From Nitrososphaera viennensis EN76 (GTDB lineage: Archaea > Thermoproteota > Nitrososphaeria > Nitrososphaerales > Nitrososphaeraceae), in contig NZ_CP007536.1 of the NCBI RefSeq assembly GCF_000698785.1, positions 1,860,001 through 1,892,000 on the forward strand: a stretch of DNA of 32,000 nucleotides, read 5' to 3'. The notes below the pieces were generated by a model, which saw nothing but the letters and a program-made list of their open reading frames with translations, had not been told where the DNA came from and made no database searches. Positions 1 to 8,111 of this stretch are shown piece by piece (within the stretch, counting starts at the first letter, position 1; each line of letters opens with the position of its first letter). The position numbers were made by a program, and so were the translations under genes.

Positions 1-112
1 CTATCGCCTCGCCGGCAGAGTAGCCGGCGACCCACTTTTTTGCGACACGGAAAAGCAGCCTCTCCATGAGGGTCGAGTCGTAGCTGTGCGAGTGGAGCGC
101 CTGCGCAGTCAT
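1..112 (-). CDS. 5' end of a CDS running off the left edge (first 37 codons); product unknown
   Basis: Own translation of the minus strand gives ATG at 112-110, then an open frame to position 1: MTAQALHSHSYDSTLMERLLFRVAKKWVAGYSAGEAI. A TATA-like box (revcomp of 138-149 = AATAATTATATC) lies about 30 nt upstream. The ORF is too short for the ORF track. It weakly resembles proline-dehydrogenase-family N-termini. Confidence 0.4.
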   Translation of the reverse strand, partial: MTAQALHSHSYDSTLMERLLFRVAKKWVAGYSAGEAI

Positions 113-383
113 GGTACACATCATCTACCCTTTTCATTGATATAATTATTCGTCAGTGTCGGCGGAAGGAGGAGGAAGGGAGGGGCGTGCTTCCAGTGGA
201 ACAGCCGCTTGCTTTAAAGAATTAATTGCATCTGTCTTTTCAGACGCATACACTGAATATTATTATTTGGCGGCTACTATCTGGTCACCTGCTTACGTGG
301 CCAGTTTGGTAGGATGGGAAAAACACAGAGAGATGTTGAACAAATGCCAGGCTGTTGCAGCGCGATTGCCGCTCTGACAGCAG

Positions 384-863
384 TCACTTCATAGAGGATT
401 GTCTTTGCAGACTCAGTTTTTTTGATTCCTCGTGTGTCAGCTCTACAGTCTTTGTCACTGCGTCAAGCAGGAAAGCCAGTTCACTGTCAGAGTATGAAGA
501 CAAGAGTTTTTGCATTCTTTCATGTAGAGGCATAAAGATCATTTCAATTTTCCTTTCCAATTTCTTGTTCCTGATAGGCTCGACAATGGTTCGACGCCTG
601 TCCTTTGGATCGTCCATCCTTCTTACATAGCCAGCTTTTTCCAAGCGGTCAATAATTCCTGTTACCGCACCGGTGGTCAAGCCAGTAAGCTCGGCAAGCC
701 TGCCGGCTGGCATGGCTCCAAAACGGTGAATAAAATGCATGCATTTATGGTCAGTAATATGCAAGCCAACTATATCCGCCACGGCTTGGTGGAACAGTAT
801 TGTCTCAGTTGACATTTCTGTAAACTTTTCGCCAATAGCTTCAATGATTTCTTCCCTCTTCAT
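384..863 (-). CDS. MarR-family winged-helix transcriptional regulator
   Basis: This corresponds to track ORF 384..872, which opens with TTG. I prefer the in-frame ATG at 863 (MKREEIIEAIG...). The wHTH core is typical of MarR: AGRLAELTGLTTGAVTGIIDRLEKAGYVRRMDDPKDRRRTIVE. An AT box at 887-900 lies about 30 nt upstream. Confidence 0.85.
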   Translation of the reverse strand: MKREEIIEAIGEKFTEMSTETILFHQAVADIVGLHITDHKCMHFIHRFGAMPAGRLAELTGLTTGAVTGIIDRLEKAGYVRRMDDPKDRRRTIVEPIRNKKLERKIEMIFMPLHERMQKLLSSYSDSELAFLLDAVTKTVELTHEESKKLSLQRQSSMK

Positions 864-903
864 GGTTAACAATCAAGAAAGAAACAGATAAATATATTAG
901 TCT

Positions 904-920
904 ATCACTATCTTAGTGAT
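904..920. promoter_or_regulatory. Perfect inverted repeat ATCACTA-tct-TAGTGAT, candidate MarR operator
   Basis: Read directly: 904-910 ATCACTA, and 914-920 TAGTGAT is its reverse complement. It sits between the shared AT-rich box (887-900) and the start of the divergent membrane gene (ATG 928). Confidence 0.4.
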
Positions 921-927
921 TAAGATA

Positions 928-1494
928 ATGACCGAACAAGTGAAAGCCATGGCAAACGCAAGACGCGTATTGTCAGTAGGGCTGGCCGCGGCAACGCTTG
1001 CCGTGGTCTTGACTTATGTGCTGGGCGCTCAGGCGTTGCTGCAGACCCCTCAGGCGGAGGAAGGCCACAACCTGTTTATGTCAATGTTTACGCCACTGGT
1101 TCAAGCAGTAACCGGCGGCCACTCGTCGATGTCACAGTTGCACGGCGTCCCCCCAGCGTCGCAGTCACAGATGCAAGGAACGATGGGACTAATAGGGAAT
1201 AACATCCTAGGCAGCCCGGCGGGGATGGCGGCAGGAGGGCTTGCGGCGGTGGTCGTCATGGGTGCAATCGCACTTGCGGCAGCGGCATTTGTTGTGTCGT
1301 GGAAGCAGAGGTCGTTTGTGGTGGCAGGATTGCTGGCAGTAGGTGGCGTCATCCTTATGATACTCCCTCTAGCGAACATGAACTTTGTGATTCCTGGTCC
1401 CATAATTGGAGTCGTCGTTGGGCTTGTGATTCTCGGGCTTGGTGTGGCAAAGGGCATTACATCGGCGGGACTGGCAGTGGCAGCCGCCAGATAA
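928..1494 (+). CDS. Gly/Ala-rich integral membrane protein (about 4 TM), function unknown
   Basis: This corresponds to track ORF 916..1494, which has a GTG start; the first ATG is at 928. It has four long hydrophobic stretches (e.g. VLSVGLAAATLAVVLTYVLGA, GPIIGVVVGLVILGLGVA). It is divergent from the MarR gene. Confidence 0.6.
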   Translation: MTEQVKAMANARRVLSVGLAAATLAVVLTYVLGAQALLQTPQAEEGHNLFMSMFTPLVQAVTGGHSSMSQLHGVPPASQSQMQGTMGLIGNNILGSPAGMAAGGLAAVVVMGAIALAAAAFVVSWKQRSFVVAGLLAVGGVILMILPLANMNFVIPGPIIGVVVGLVILGLGVAKGITSAGLAVAAAR

Positions 1495-1752
1495 CCCCGT
1501 TTCCTTTTTTATTTACTTTAAAAGCACCGACCGACTGACTGACCAGATACATCTTGCACCAAAACGACCCTTTAATTATAATACGTGTTAAATTGTGAGC
1601 CAAGGACCGGTTCTGATTTTTCAAAATGAACATGATTGGGGCGGCGGAACTTTTGCGCGCTCGTGTGAGCATCATCACGCGTGAATTTGAAAGCAAAAAG
1701 CCGTCAATAATTTTAAATTCATTCTGTGGATATTTGTCGTAGTAAGTAGAAC

Positions 1753-2844
1753 ATGACGCCAAAAAACGCACAACTTGCAGCCGCAACGGAAAGCGACCCT
1801 CGCTGGGCATCTGTCGTCGCCCGTGATCACAGGGCAGACGGCGCGTTTTATTTCTCGGTCAAAACCACTGGCGTGTACTGCCGTCCTTCGTGCGCCGCTC
1901 GCCGGGCACGGCCGGAGAACGTCAGCTTCTTTACGACGCGCAAGGACGCCGAGAAGGCCGGCCTCCGCCCCTGCAAGCGCTGCAAGCCCGACCAGGCCTC
2001 TCTTGCCGAACAGCACGCGGCAAAAGTCACGCAAGCCTGCCGGCTCATCGAGGAGTCAGAGAACGCGCCGAGCCTTGAAGAGCTGGCAAAGCACGCGGGG
2101 ACGAGCGCGTATCACTTTCACCGCGTGTTCAAGGCTGTCACTGGACTCACCCCAAGAGAGTACGCGCTGGCGCACCGTGCAAAGCGCGTCCGGAACGAGC
2201 TCGGCCAAAGCGAGACGGTGACAGAAGCCATTTACGGAGCAGGATACAGGTCGAACAGGCGGTTCTACGATACGTCAAACGATGTGCTTGGCATGACGCC
2301 TTCAAGCTATCGCGCCGGCGGCGCAAGGACGGAAATACGTTTTGCCGTGGGAGAGTGCTCCCTCGGGTCGATTCTTGTCGCCCAGAGCGAGCGCGGCGTT
2401 TGCGCCATCCTTCTGGGCGACGACCCTGGCGAACTGGCGCGCGATCTGCAGGACAGGTTCCCCCGCGCAAATCTGATTGGAGGTGACGCAAAGTTCGAGC
2501 AACTCGTCTCAAAAGTGGTCGGCTTTGTAGAAGCGCCGGCGCTCGGGCTCGACTTGCCACTGGACGTTCGCGGAACTGCGTTCCAGCAGCGCGTCTGGCA
2601 GGCGCTGCGCGAAATCCCGGCCGGCTCCACGGCAAGCTACGCCGATATCGCAAACCGCATCGGCTCCCCGAAATCGGTCAGGGTCGTGGCCCAGGCGTGC
2701 GCGGCAAACGCCCTTGCGGTGGCAATTCCGTGCCACCGCGTGGTGAAAAACGACGGCGCGCTGTCGGGTTATCGCTGGGGCGTGGAGCGCAAGCGCGCCC
2801 TGTTGAATATGGAGGCACCACATGCGCACGAGCGCACGGATTAA
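1753..2844 (+). CDS. ada: Bifunctional Ada: Zn-Cys4 methylphosphotriester acceptor + AraC-type HTH + O6-alkylguanine-DNA methyltransferase
   Basis: The N-terminal Ada Zn domain reads FYFSVKTTGVYCRPSCAARRARPENVSFFTTRKDAEKAGLRPCKRCKP. The AraC HTH reads LEELAKHAGTSAYHFHRVFKAVTGLTPREY. The C-terminal MGMT active site is AIPCHRVV. Confidence 0.95.
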   Translation: MTPKNAQLAAATESDPRWASVVARDHRADGAFYFSVKTTGVYCRPSCAARRARPENVSFFTTRKDAEKAGLRPCKRCKPDQASLAEQHAAKVTQACRLIEESENAPSLEELAKHAGTSAYHFHRVFKAVTGLTPREYALAHRAKRVRNELGQSETVTEAIYGAGYRSNRRFYDTSNDVLGMTPSSYRAGGARTEIRFAVGECSLGSILVAQSERGVCAILLGDDPGELARDLQDRFPRANLIGGDAKFEQLVSKVVGFVEAPALGLDLPLDVRGTAFQQRVWQALREIPAGSTASYADIANRIGSPKSVRVVAQACAANALAVAIPCHRVVKNDGALSGYRWGVERKRALLNMEAPHAHERTD

Positions 2845-2903
2845 AAAAGAAGAAGAAATAACCGTTTAATTATCAGGGTGCGGCAGGTGCCGTATATAAT
2901 ATC

Positions 2904-3707
2904 ATGACAACGATGATGATAGGCGCCCTGAAGGATGCCTGCCGGGAGGTCCATGCCCGCACGCGGGGCATCGCCGGGACTGCCCGGGGCAACAGGCAGA
3001 CAGGCAGGAGGGGGGCAGGAGGTGATGTCTCCCGCCGGATTGACCTCTTGGCCGAAAAAACGGTCATTGAAGTCTTGAAAAAGCGCGGCATAGGCGCCAC
3101 GATAATCGGTGAAGAGTGCGGAAGGATTGAAGGGAAAGAAAAAAAGGGTTTTGTCGTCATGGACGCAATCGACGGCACGACAAACGCGTCGCGCCAGCTG
3201 CCGTTCTACTGCTGCTCGCTTGCCTATGCCGACGAGTTCAGGCTGGGCGCAGTCAAGGATGCCGCGATTATTAATCTTGTAAATGGCGACCTCTATTACG
3301 CGTCAAAGGGCAAGGGGGCGTTCTGCAACGGCAAAAGGATCAGAGTCAGAGAAGCAGGCGACGACGTTGTAATTGGCATGAACGTCTCTGGCATCAACGA
3401 CCGCACAATCAAGAGGCTGGCGCCGGTGATGTCAAAGGCAAACCACGTCAGGCAGCTCGGCTCGCTTGCGATGGAACTGTGCCACCTTGCAAAAGGGTCG
3501 CTTGACGCGTCGATTGACTTCCGGGGAAAGGTCCGGCCGGTGGATATTGCCGCCGCGTGCCTGATAGTACGGGAGGCAGGCGGCCAGGTTTACTCGGACA
3601 AAGGGGTGGAGCTTGACTGCGAGCTTGGAGTAGAGACGCGCATGTCGTTTGTCGCGACGGCACACGAAAAGGTATTCCGGGATTTGTCGGCCGACTTGTT
3701 TGGCTAG
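2904..3707 (+). CDS. Inositol-monophosphatase family phosphatase (archaeal IMPase/FBPase type)
   Basis: Metal-binding motifs of the family are present: EECG, VVMDAIDGTTNA (the DPxDGT motif) and VDIAAACLIVREAGG (the WDxAA motif). The length is 267 aa. Confidence 0.85.
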   Translation: MTTMMIGALKDACREVHARTRGIAGTARGNRQTGRRGAGGDVSRRIDLLAEKTVIEVLKKRGIGATIIGEECGRIEGKEKKGFVVMDAIDGTTNASRQLPFYCCSLAYADEFRLGAVKDAAIINLVNGDLYYASKGKGAFCNGKRIRVREAGDDVVIGMNVSGINDRTIKRLAPVMSKANHVRQLGSLAMELCHLAKGSLDASIDFRGKVRPVDIAAACLIVREAGGQVYSDKGVELDCELGVETRMSFVATAHEKVFRDLSADLFG

Positions 3708-3812
3708 CCATTTTTTAATAGAAATTATCATGTGGTTGCTGTTTGTCCGAGTCATCGGCAACATGCACTTCTTATAGTTGCAAGCCCCTATACCTGCCAA
3801 GACGAGGGACAA

Positions 3813-5150
3813 ATGGCAGAATATGGCGCAAGAATGGAAGAGTTTGACCGAGGTGTAGGGGCAGCCCAGCAGGCTGACATCGAGTACGAGCGGTCCGGGG
3901 GCGAGCCAATAGTCCTTGCAAGGTACATCACTTTCAGGGAGTTCCTATCAAGCTATATGGACTGGCGCGACAAGGCGCTCAACGAAGGGCTGGAGATCCT
4001 AAAGTACGAATCGACCTCTGCCACCGCAAGCCAGCAGCAGAGCAAGTGGTCGGATTATTATTCAAGCCAGGGCCAGCAGGCCTTCCAAAAAATCACCGAC
4101 TTTGTCAAGTCGGACAAGGCCCCAAACCTGCGCAAGTTCGGAGAAGAGGTCGCGTCGCAAGAGTCCCAGTTCTTCAGCCTGATCTCCCGCGCTCCCCTTG
4201 CATGGTTCCAGGGGCAGGTCCAGCAGTACACCTATGAATTTTACACAGAGATGAACAGCCTCGAGGGAAAATGGAAGGCGATGTTGGAGCAGGACAGGTC
4301 GGTGGACGACAGGGCCAGGAACACCTCAATTCAGGTGCTCAGGCTTTTTGATGAAGTTGTAAGAGAGCTGGTGGCTGAAAGGCGCTCGGGAGAGGAGAAT
4401 GTGAGGTACATCGTAGGTCAGGCAAAAAAGGTGCCGGGGGTTCCACTTCCGATAAAGGTCCTCCTCGTTGCAGTGGACAAGATGCTGGAGCTTGCCGGCA
4501 GGCTGAAGAAGAGCGGGGAGGAGCTTGCCCGGGGCTACATGGATGCCTACAAGCTTGAAGAAAGCATAGTCATCGTCTTTACCCAGACCCGCCAGGGCGT
4601 GAGGGAGTTTCTGGCAAAGACAAACCTCGATTCTGCGATTAAAGAGTTCAACGCCATAAACGAGAACAGCAAGGGCCTGGCCGACCAGTGCCCCACTCCA
4701 AGGCAGAAGGAAGACGCCAAGAAGTTCATGGAAAAGGCTGCCGGCCTCGTGTCTGGGTTCCTCGAGAAATTCAGGCAAGAGTACAATGAATTTGTCAGCG
4801 ACAACCGTGGCATCTTTGTCGGGCCCGTCAGCGACAAGACGCTTGACGAGCTTTTAGAGGTCCGGGACTGGCAGAAGTCCTGGGACGACATCGAGCGTTT
4901 CAACATACAGTCCAAGCTGAAGGAGGTCTATGACGACTGCGTCAAGACGTGGCAGGTCGACCTTGACGGGCTGACGGACGAGCAAAAGAAGGAGCTGAAG
5001 GAATTCTGGGACATGGAACTGCGGCGCCTGCACGACGGCCTCTATGAAGTGATAGAAGGCTCCCTGTGGGACAGGATCAAAAGGTCGCACCTTGACGACC
5101 GGCGCCAACTGAATGATACTACAAAGAATTCCAAGGGAGGGCTGGAATAA
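3813..5150 (+). CDS. Hypothetical protein, about 445 aa, predicted mostly alpha-helical, no recognised domain
   Basis: The track ORF starts at 3732. I prefer ATG 3813 (MAEYGARMEEF...), which is preceded by GAGGG 7 nt upstream. Composition is protein-like (K/E/D/W-rich, no TM). The stop lies 6 nt before the next gene. Confidence 0.75.
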   Translation: MAEYGARMEEFDRGVGAAQQADIEYERSGGEPIVLARYITFREFLSSYMDWRDKALNEGLEILKYESTSATASQQQSKWSDYYSSQGQQAFQKITDFVKSDKAPNLRKFGEEVASQESQFFSLISRAPLAWFQGQVQQYTYEFYTEMNSLEGKWKAMLEQDRSVDDRARNTSIQVLRLFDEVVRELVAERRSGEENVRYIVGQAKKVPGVPLPIKVLLVAVDKMLELAGRLKKSGEELARGYMDAYKLEESIVIVFTQTRQGVREFLAKTNLDSAIKEFNAINENSKGLADQCPTPRQKEDAKKFMEKAAGLVSGFLEKFRQEYNEFVSDNRGIFVGPVSDKTLDELLEVRDWQKSWDDIERFNIQSKLKEVYDDCVKTWQVDLDGLTDEQKKELKEFWDMELRRLHDGLYEVIEGSLWDRIKRSHLDDRRQLNDTTKNSKGGLE

Positions 5151-5156
5151 TATAGC

Positions 5157-6785
5157 ATGTCTGTAGAACTGGTCCGCACGGATAACAGCAGCCTGCTCAC
5201 GGGCATCAAGACGGATGCCGTGCTGTATTCCGAGACCCCGGGGTTCCGGGTGACCTGGATCGAGTGGGACAGCGATTTCCGGAACAGCGGCCTGCAGATA
5301 CAGGACCTTGTGGTAAGCGTGGACGGCAATTCTCTCGACCCTTTCTTAAAGCCCGGCAAGATGTCGCCCGGGATAGGCCAGTATGGCGAGTACATGTACT
5401 GGCAGCAGGTAGGGGCCAAGCCCGACCAAGAAATCACACTTGGCGTGCTGCGCAACGGAGGGGAAAAGGTGGAGATAAAAGGCAAGATCCATGCCTCCCG
5501 CTTTTATTATGACAGACAGGGCCGGCCTGCCATGGCGCCCGGCGGCCCTGCGCGCCTGTTCCCCAAGGATGATTTTTCCGACGCGTGGAGCAGCTGGTAC
5601 GAAAAGTTTGTCTGGAAGCTGTCCTACCTGCTTGACGGCGCCTGGGACAGGCATAACATCAACAGCAGGCAGGAGCTCAAAGAGCAGGAGGAGCACAAAG
5701 GGCGGATCGACTTTCTGCTCAAAAACTATCCCGGCCCGTTTGCGGATGCAGTCCTTGCAGACTGGACTGCGGCGATAAACCTCCTCAAGGGGAAAAAGGC
5801 AGATGATGTAGACCTGGAGTACAAGGAGCTTGGGGCAAAGCGCGTCGAGCTGGTAAAGCAGGAGGCTGCAAAAGCATGGAACGCCTTCAAGGGCGAGATT
5901 TCTGCTCAAACCATCCCCGTGTTTCCAGCCGCCAGGATAGACAGCCGCGACCAGTTCGCAGGCAAGATAGTAGAGCTTCCGTGGATAACCCCGCGTGACA
6001 ACATAATCAACGACCTTGGCAAGACGTACGCGGTGGTCGGCTCTCAGTATGACGGGTATTATTTCGTGCTGCTTTCGTCTCCCGAAGTGTACCGCTTTTA
6101 CGATGCGATGTACAGGTACAAGGCGCAGGTGAACCCGCGGCTTGGCGAGCGCTACCAGTACGTCGGCAGGATAACTGACGAACCGAGGATGATCACCTTT
6201 CGCGGGAGCCCTGTCAGCGGGCTTTTGGTACGGGCCCTTGCCGGCCGCGCGGGAGACGAAGAGCTTTTCGTGGACATGCGCAAGACAAACGAGAAGGGCA
6301 AGAGCGATTTTGCAGGAGAAGCCGCGATAAAGCCCAGCGCCGCAAGCATGCCCGGCGATGGCGCCTCGCCCGCGCAGGTCATGGGAGAAATGATCCGCGC
6401 AGTCAAGTTTGCAGACGAGGATTCGTGGAAAAAGCTGTTTGCAGGCTGGCGCGCAATAACGTACGACGACGGGCATTCCGTACTCGATTCGTCGTATGCT
6501 CCTTCGTCGTACTCGCTTTCCTCGGAATGGGAAAGGTCGCGGCAGGCCATAACAGGAAGCGTCTATGACGTGCGCGTGGACAAGGTCGGCCGCGTCAGGA
6601 GGATAATCAAATCAGACCCAGAGACCAACCTCCCAAGCGTCGATGAAGTCACCGTGTTTCTGGATCATTACGGGCTGTTTGATGGCGAGTACAGGACGTT
6701 TCTCAACCTCAATGTACACAGAAGGTGGACACTCCAGCGGCTCAACGAAGGGCCGTGGAAGATAACCAGCGTGCAGAGCATCTAA
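5157..6785 (+). CDS. Hypothetical protein, 542 aa, with an N-terminal PDZ-like segment
   Basis: This is a long ORF with ordinary soluble-protein composition. Residues about 40-110 (GLQIQDLVVSVDGNSL...ITLGVLRNGGEKVEIKGKI) have a PDZ-like pattern. There are no catalytic motifs, TM segments or signal peptide. The antisense ORF 5346..6476 has an implausible composition. Confidence 0.8.
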   Translation: MSVELVRTDNSSLLTGIKTDAVLYSETPGFRVTWIEWDSDFRNSGLQIQDLVVSVDGNSLDPFLKPGKMSPGIGQYGEYMYWQQVGAKPDQEITLGVLRNGGEKVEIKGKIHASRFYYDRQGRPAMAPGGPARLFPKDDFSDAWSSWYEKFVWKLSYLLDGAWDRHNINSRQELKEQEEHKGRIDFLLKNYPGPFADAVLADWTAAINLLKGKKADDVDLEYKELGAKRVELVKQEAAKAWNAFKGEISAQTIPVFPAARIDSRDQFAGKIVELPWITPRDNIINDLGKTYAVVGSQYDGYYFVLLSSPEVYRFYDAMYRYKAQVNPRLGERYQYVGRITDEPRMITFRGSPVSGLLVRALAGRAGDEELFVDMRKTNEKGKSDFAGEAAIKPSAASMPGDGASPAQVMGEMIRAVKFADEDSWKKLFAGWRAITYDDGHSVLDSSYAPSSYSLSSEWERSRQAITGSVYDVRVDKVGRVRRIIKSDPETNLPSVDEVTVFLDHYGLFDGEYRTFLNLNVHRRWTLQRLNEGPWKITSVQSI

Positions 6786-6918
6786 AAGTAAAAGAATATG
6801 CGAATATGAAAGGATTGAGCTTTACATTACTGCGAAGAAGAAGCTTTTGTAATGGTTATAGTAGTCTCCTTGAAATACTCGTGGGAAATCTTTTAAGTTC
6901 TCGTGCGGCCGGGAATGC

Positions 6919-7095
6919 ATGGGCTCGAACTCACGAAGCGAAGCCTTTGCTATTCCGCTGGAGATCGACGATCATTACAAACGGTACAGGAAGGAGCCGT
7001 GGGAGGTTGAATATGGTCAGTTTGGATACTGCGATCTGTGCAATTCTAGAATAGACGAATTCGGCTACTGTGCTTGCGGAGGCGCTGCTGACTAG
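6919..7095 (+). CDS. Candidate small Cys4 (CxxC...CxC) zinc-ribbon-like protein, 58 aa, not in the ORF track
   Basis: Own translation: MGSNSRSEAFAIPLEIDDHYKRYRKEPWEVEYGQFGYCDLCNSRIDEFGYCACGGAAD*. A TATA-like TTTTAAG (6891-6897) is centred about 25 nt upstream of the ATG. It ends 20 nt before the HExxH ORF. Confidence 0.4.
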   Translation: MGSNSRSEAFAIPLEIDDHYKRYRKEPWEVEYGQFGYCDLCNSRIDEFGYCACGGAAD

Positions 7096-7115
7096 CGCGC
7101 AAAATCGATCCATCA

Positions 7116-7802
7116 TTGTTGTTGTTTCTGACACGTTCTCTGGGGAGCGTTGATGATGTCGCTTTGATCTCCTCCAAGTATTTGACAGGGAAATATGGCG
7201 ACCCAGATTGGTTTGGACCCGTAAAATCATTGCTGGAGAAATCCTACGCTGCGGTACTTGATTCGCTAAACGATAAATCTCGGCTTCCATATCATCCCAG
7301 TATCTACCTCATTCCCTTTATGCTGTCAAGAAAATACAAGATAGGACACGATCTTGTGAGCTCATTTTTCTATAGTCTTTCATACCCGGATGCGACTGAC
7401 TTTAGCAAATACTCTACCTACATAGTCGCAAGCCTTGCAGAAAAGTTTCCGCAGCATATGACAGGTATCATCGCGCACGAGATCGCGCATATTATTGCAG
7501 CAAAGGGTGAAGTCAAAATAACCGAGGAAGACCTGCTGCTCATTTTAAAAAATAGGATCGAGTTCCTTAAAGCCAAAGAAACTATTGCTGAACATTACTA
7601 TTCATATTTTTCAGAACCAGTATCATCCAGCATCAAAAAATGGAACGAGATGGCCCTGTTGCCAGAGACTGAAAGAGAAGTATCTGAGAAGATGATAATA
7701 GTGGATCAGAAACAGTTCGATGCGCTGATCTTTGAAGAACGGCTACCTCAGTTCAGGGAATTTGTAAGGACAAAGCTTGAAAATATCAAAACGAGCTTCT
7801 AG
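7116..7802 (+). CDS. Hypothetical protein with an HExxH zinc-metalloprotease motif
   Basis: The motif reads GIIAHEIAHIIAAKG. The start is uncertain: TTG codons at 7116/7119/7122, first ATG only at 7320. The gene is AT-rich (hand count of line 7561-7620 = 19/60 GC). Confidence 0.6.
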   Translation: MLLFLTRSLGSVDDVALISSKYLTGKYGDPDWFGPVKSLLEKSYAAVLDSLNDKSRLPYHPSIYLIPFMLSRKYKIGHDLVSSFFYSLSYPDATDFSKYSTYIVASLAEKFPQHMTGIIAHEIAHIIAAKGEVKITEEDLLLILKNRIEFLKAKETIAEHYYSYFSEPVSSSIKKWNEMALLPETEREVSEKMIIVDQKQFDALIFEERLPQFREFVRTKLENIKTSF

Positions 7803-7934
7803 CATAGAATTATTTAGGATAATCAAGCATTTACTTAAAGCAAGCCTAACGAAAGCTAGATACGTTGTCCATTAACCGAGCATCTGCCTACTACTATCGC
7901 AGTATTTCTTTGAAAACCAGAAAAGATGTGTAAG

Positions 7935-8043
7935 CGCCCGGGCCGGGATTCGAACCCGGGTCGGAGGAGTGACAGTCCCCCATACTGGACCGGACTGTAC
8001 GAGGCCAGCTACTAATAGCCGGGCTTCTCTATACTACCCGGGC
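7935..8043 (-). tRNA. tRNA-Asp (anticodon GUC) with a roughly 34-nt insertion (intron) in the D-loop; CCA not encoded
   Basis: Hand fold of the minus strand: GCCCGGG-UA-GUAU-[45 nt]-GUAU-G-GGGGA-CUGUCAC-UCCUC-CGAC-CCGGG-UUCGAAU-CCCGG-CCCGGGC-G. The acceptor stem is a perfect 7 bp. U33 and A37 flank GUC, and the T-loop is canonical. TTTTAATT (revcomp of 8073-8080) lies about 30 nt upstream. Confidence 0.85.
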
Positions 8044-8111
8044 GCAGGTAAGGCAAACACTTTGGGGAAGCAATTAAAACGTTTTGGTCATTGTTGACAA
8101 GAAGAGTGGGG

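Noticed and set aside
156-377. 73-aa GTG-initiated ORF in the gap between the partial CDS and MarR
   Set aside because: It has no motif, an odd purine-rich 5' end (GGAAGGAGGAGGAAGGGAGGGG) and no TATA at the right distance. I cannot support it as coding, and the 270-nt gap remains unexplained.
1626-1742. 38-aa ORF (MNMIGAAELLRARVSIITREFESKKPSIILNSFCGYLS) in the spacer upstream of ada
   Set aside because: There is no motif, promoter spacing or conservation evidence available, so it is indistinguishable from a chance ORF.
1775-2829. Many overlapping ORFs of 60-170 aa on both strands across the Ada gene
   Set aside because: These are typical stop-codon-poor artefacts of a very GC-rich gene. Only the 1753..2844 frame carries the Ada, AraC and MGMT motifs.
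5346-6476. 376-aa minus-strand ORF inside 5157..6785
   Set aside because: Its composition is Arg/Ala/Cys/Leu-rich and implausible. The plus-strand ORF is longer, is coupled to the upstream gene and has ordinary protein composition.
6903-6940. Similarity to the 3' half of the nearby tRNA-Asp (GGCCGGGA...CTCGAAC), possibly an att-site duplicate
   Set aside because: Only about 8 + 6 nt match, with a 10-nt gap. No T-stem complementarity or cloverleaf is possible, and the segment lies inside the candidate small ORF. This is not enough to claim an integration scar.
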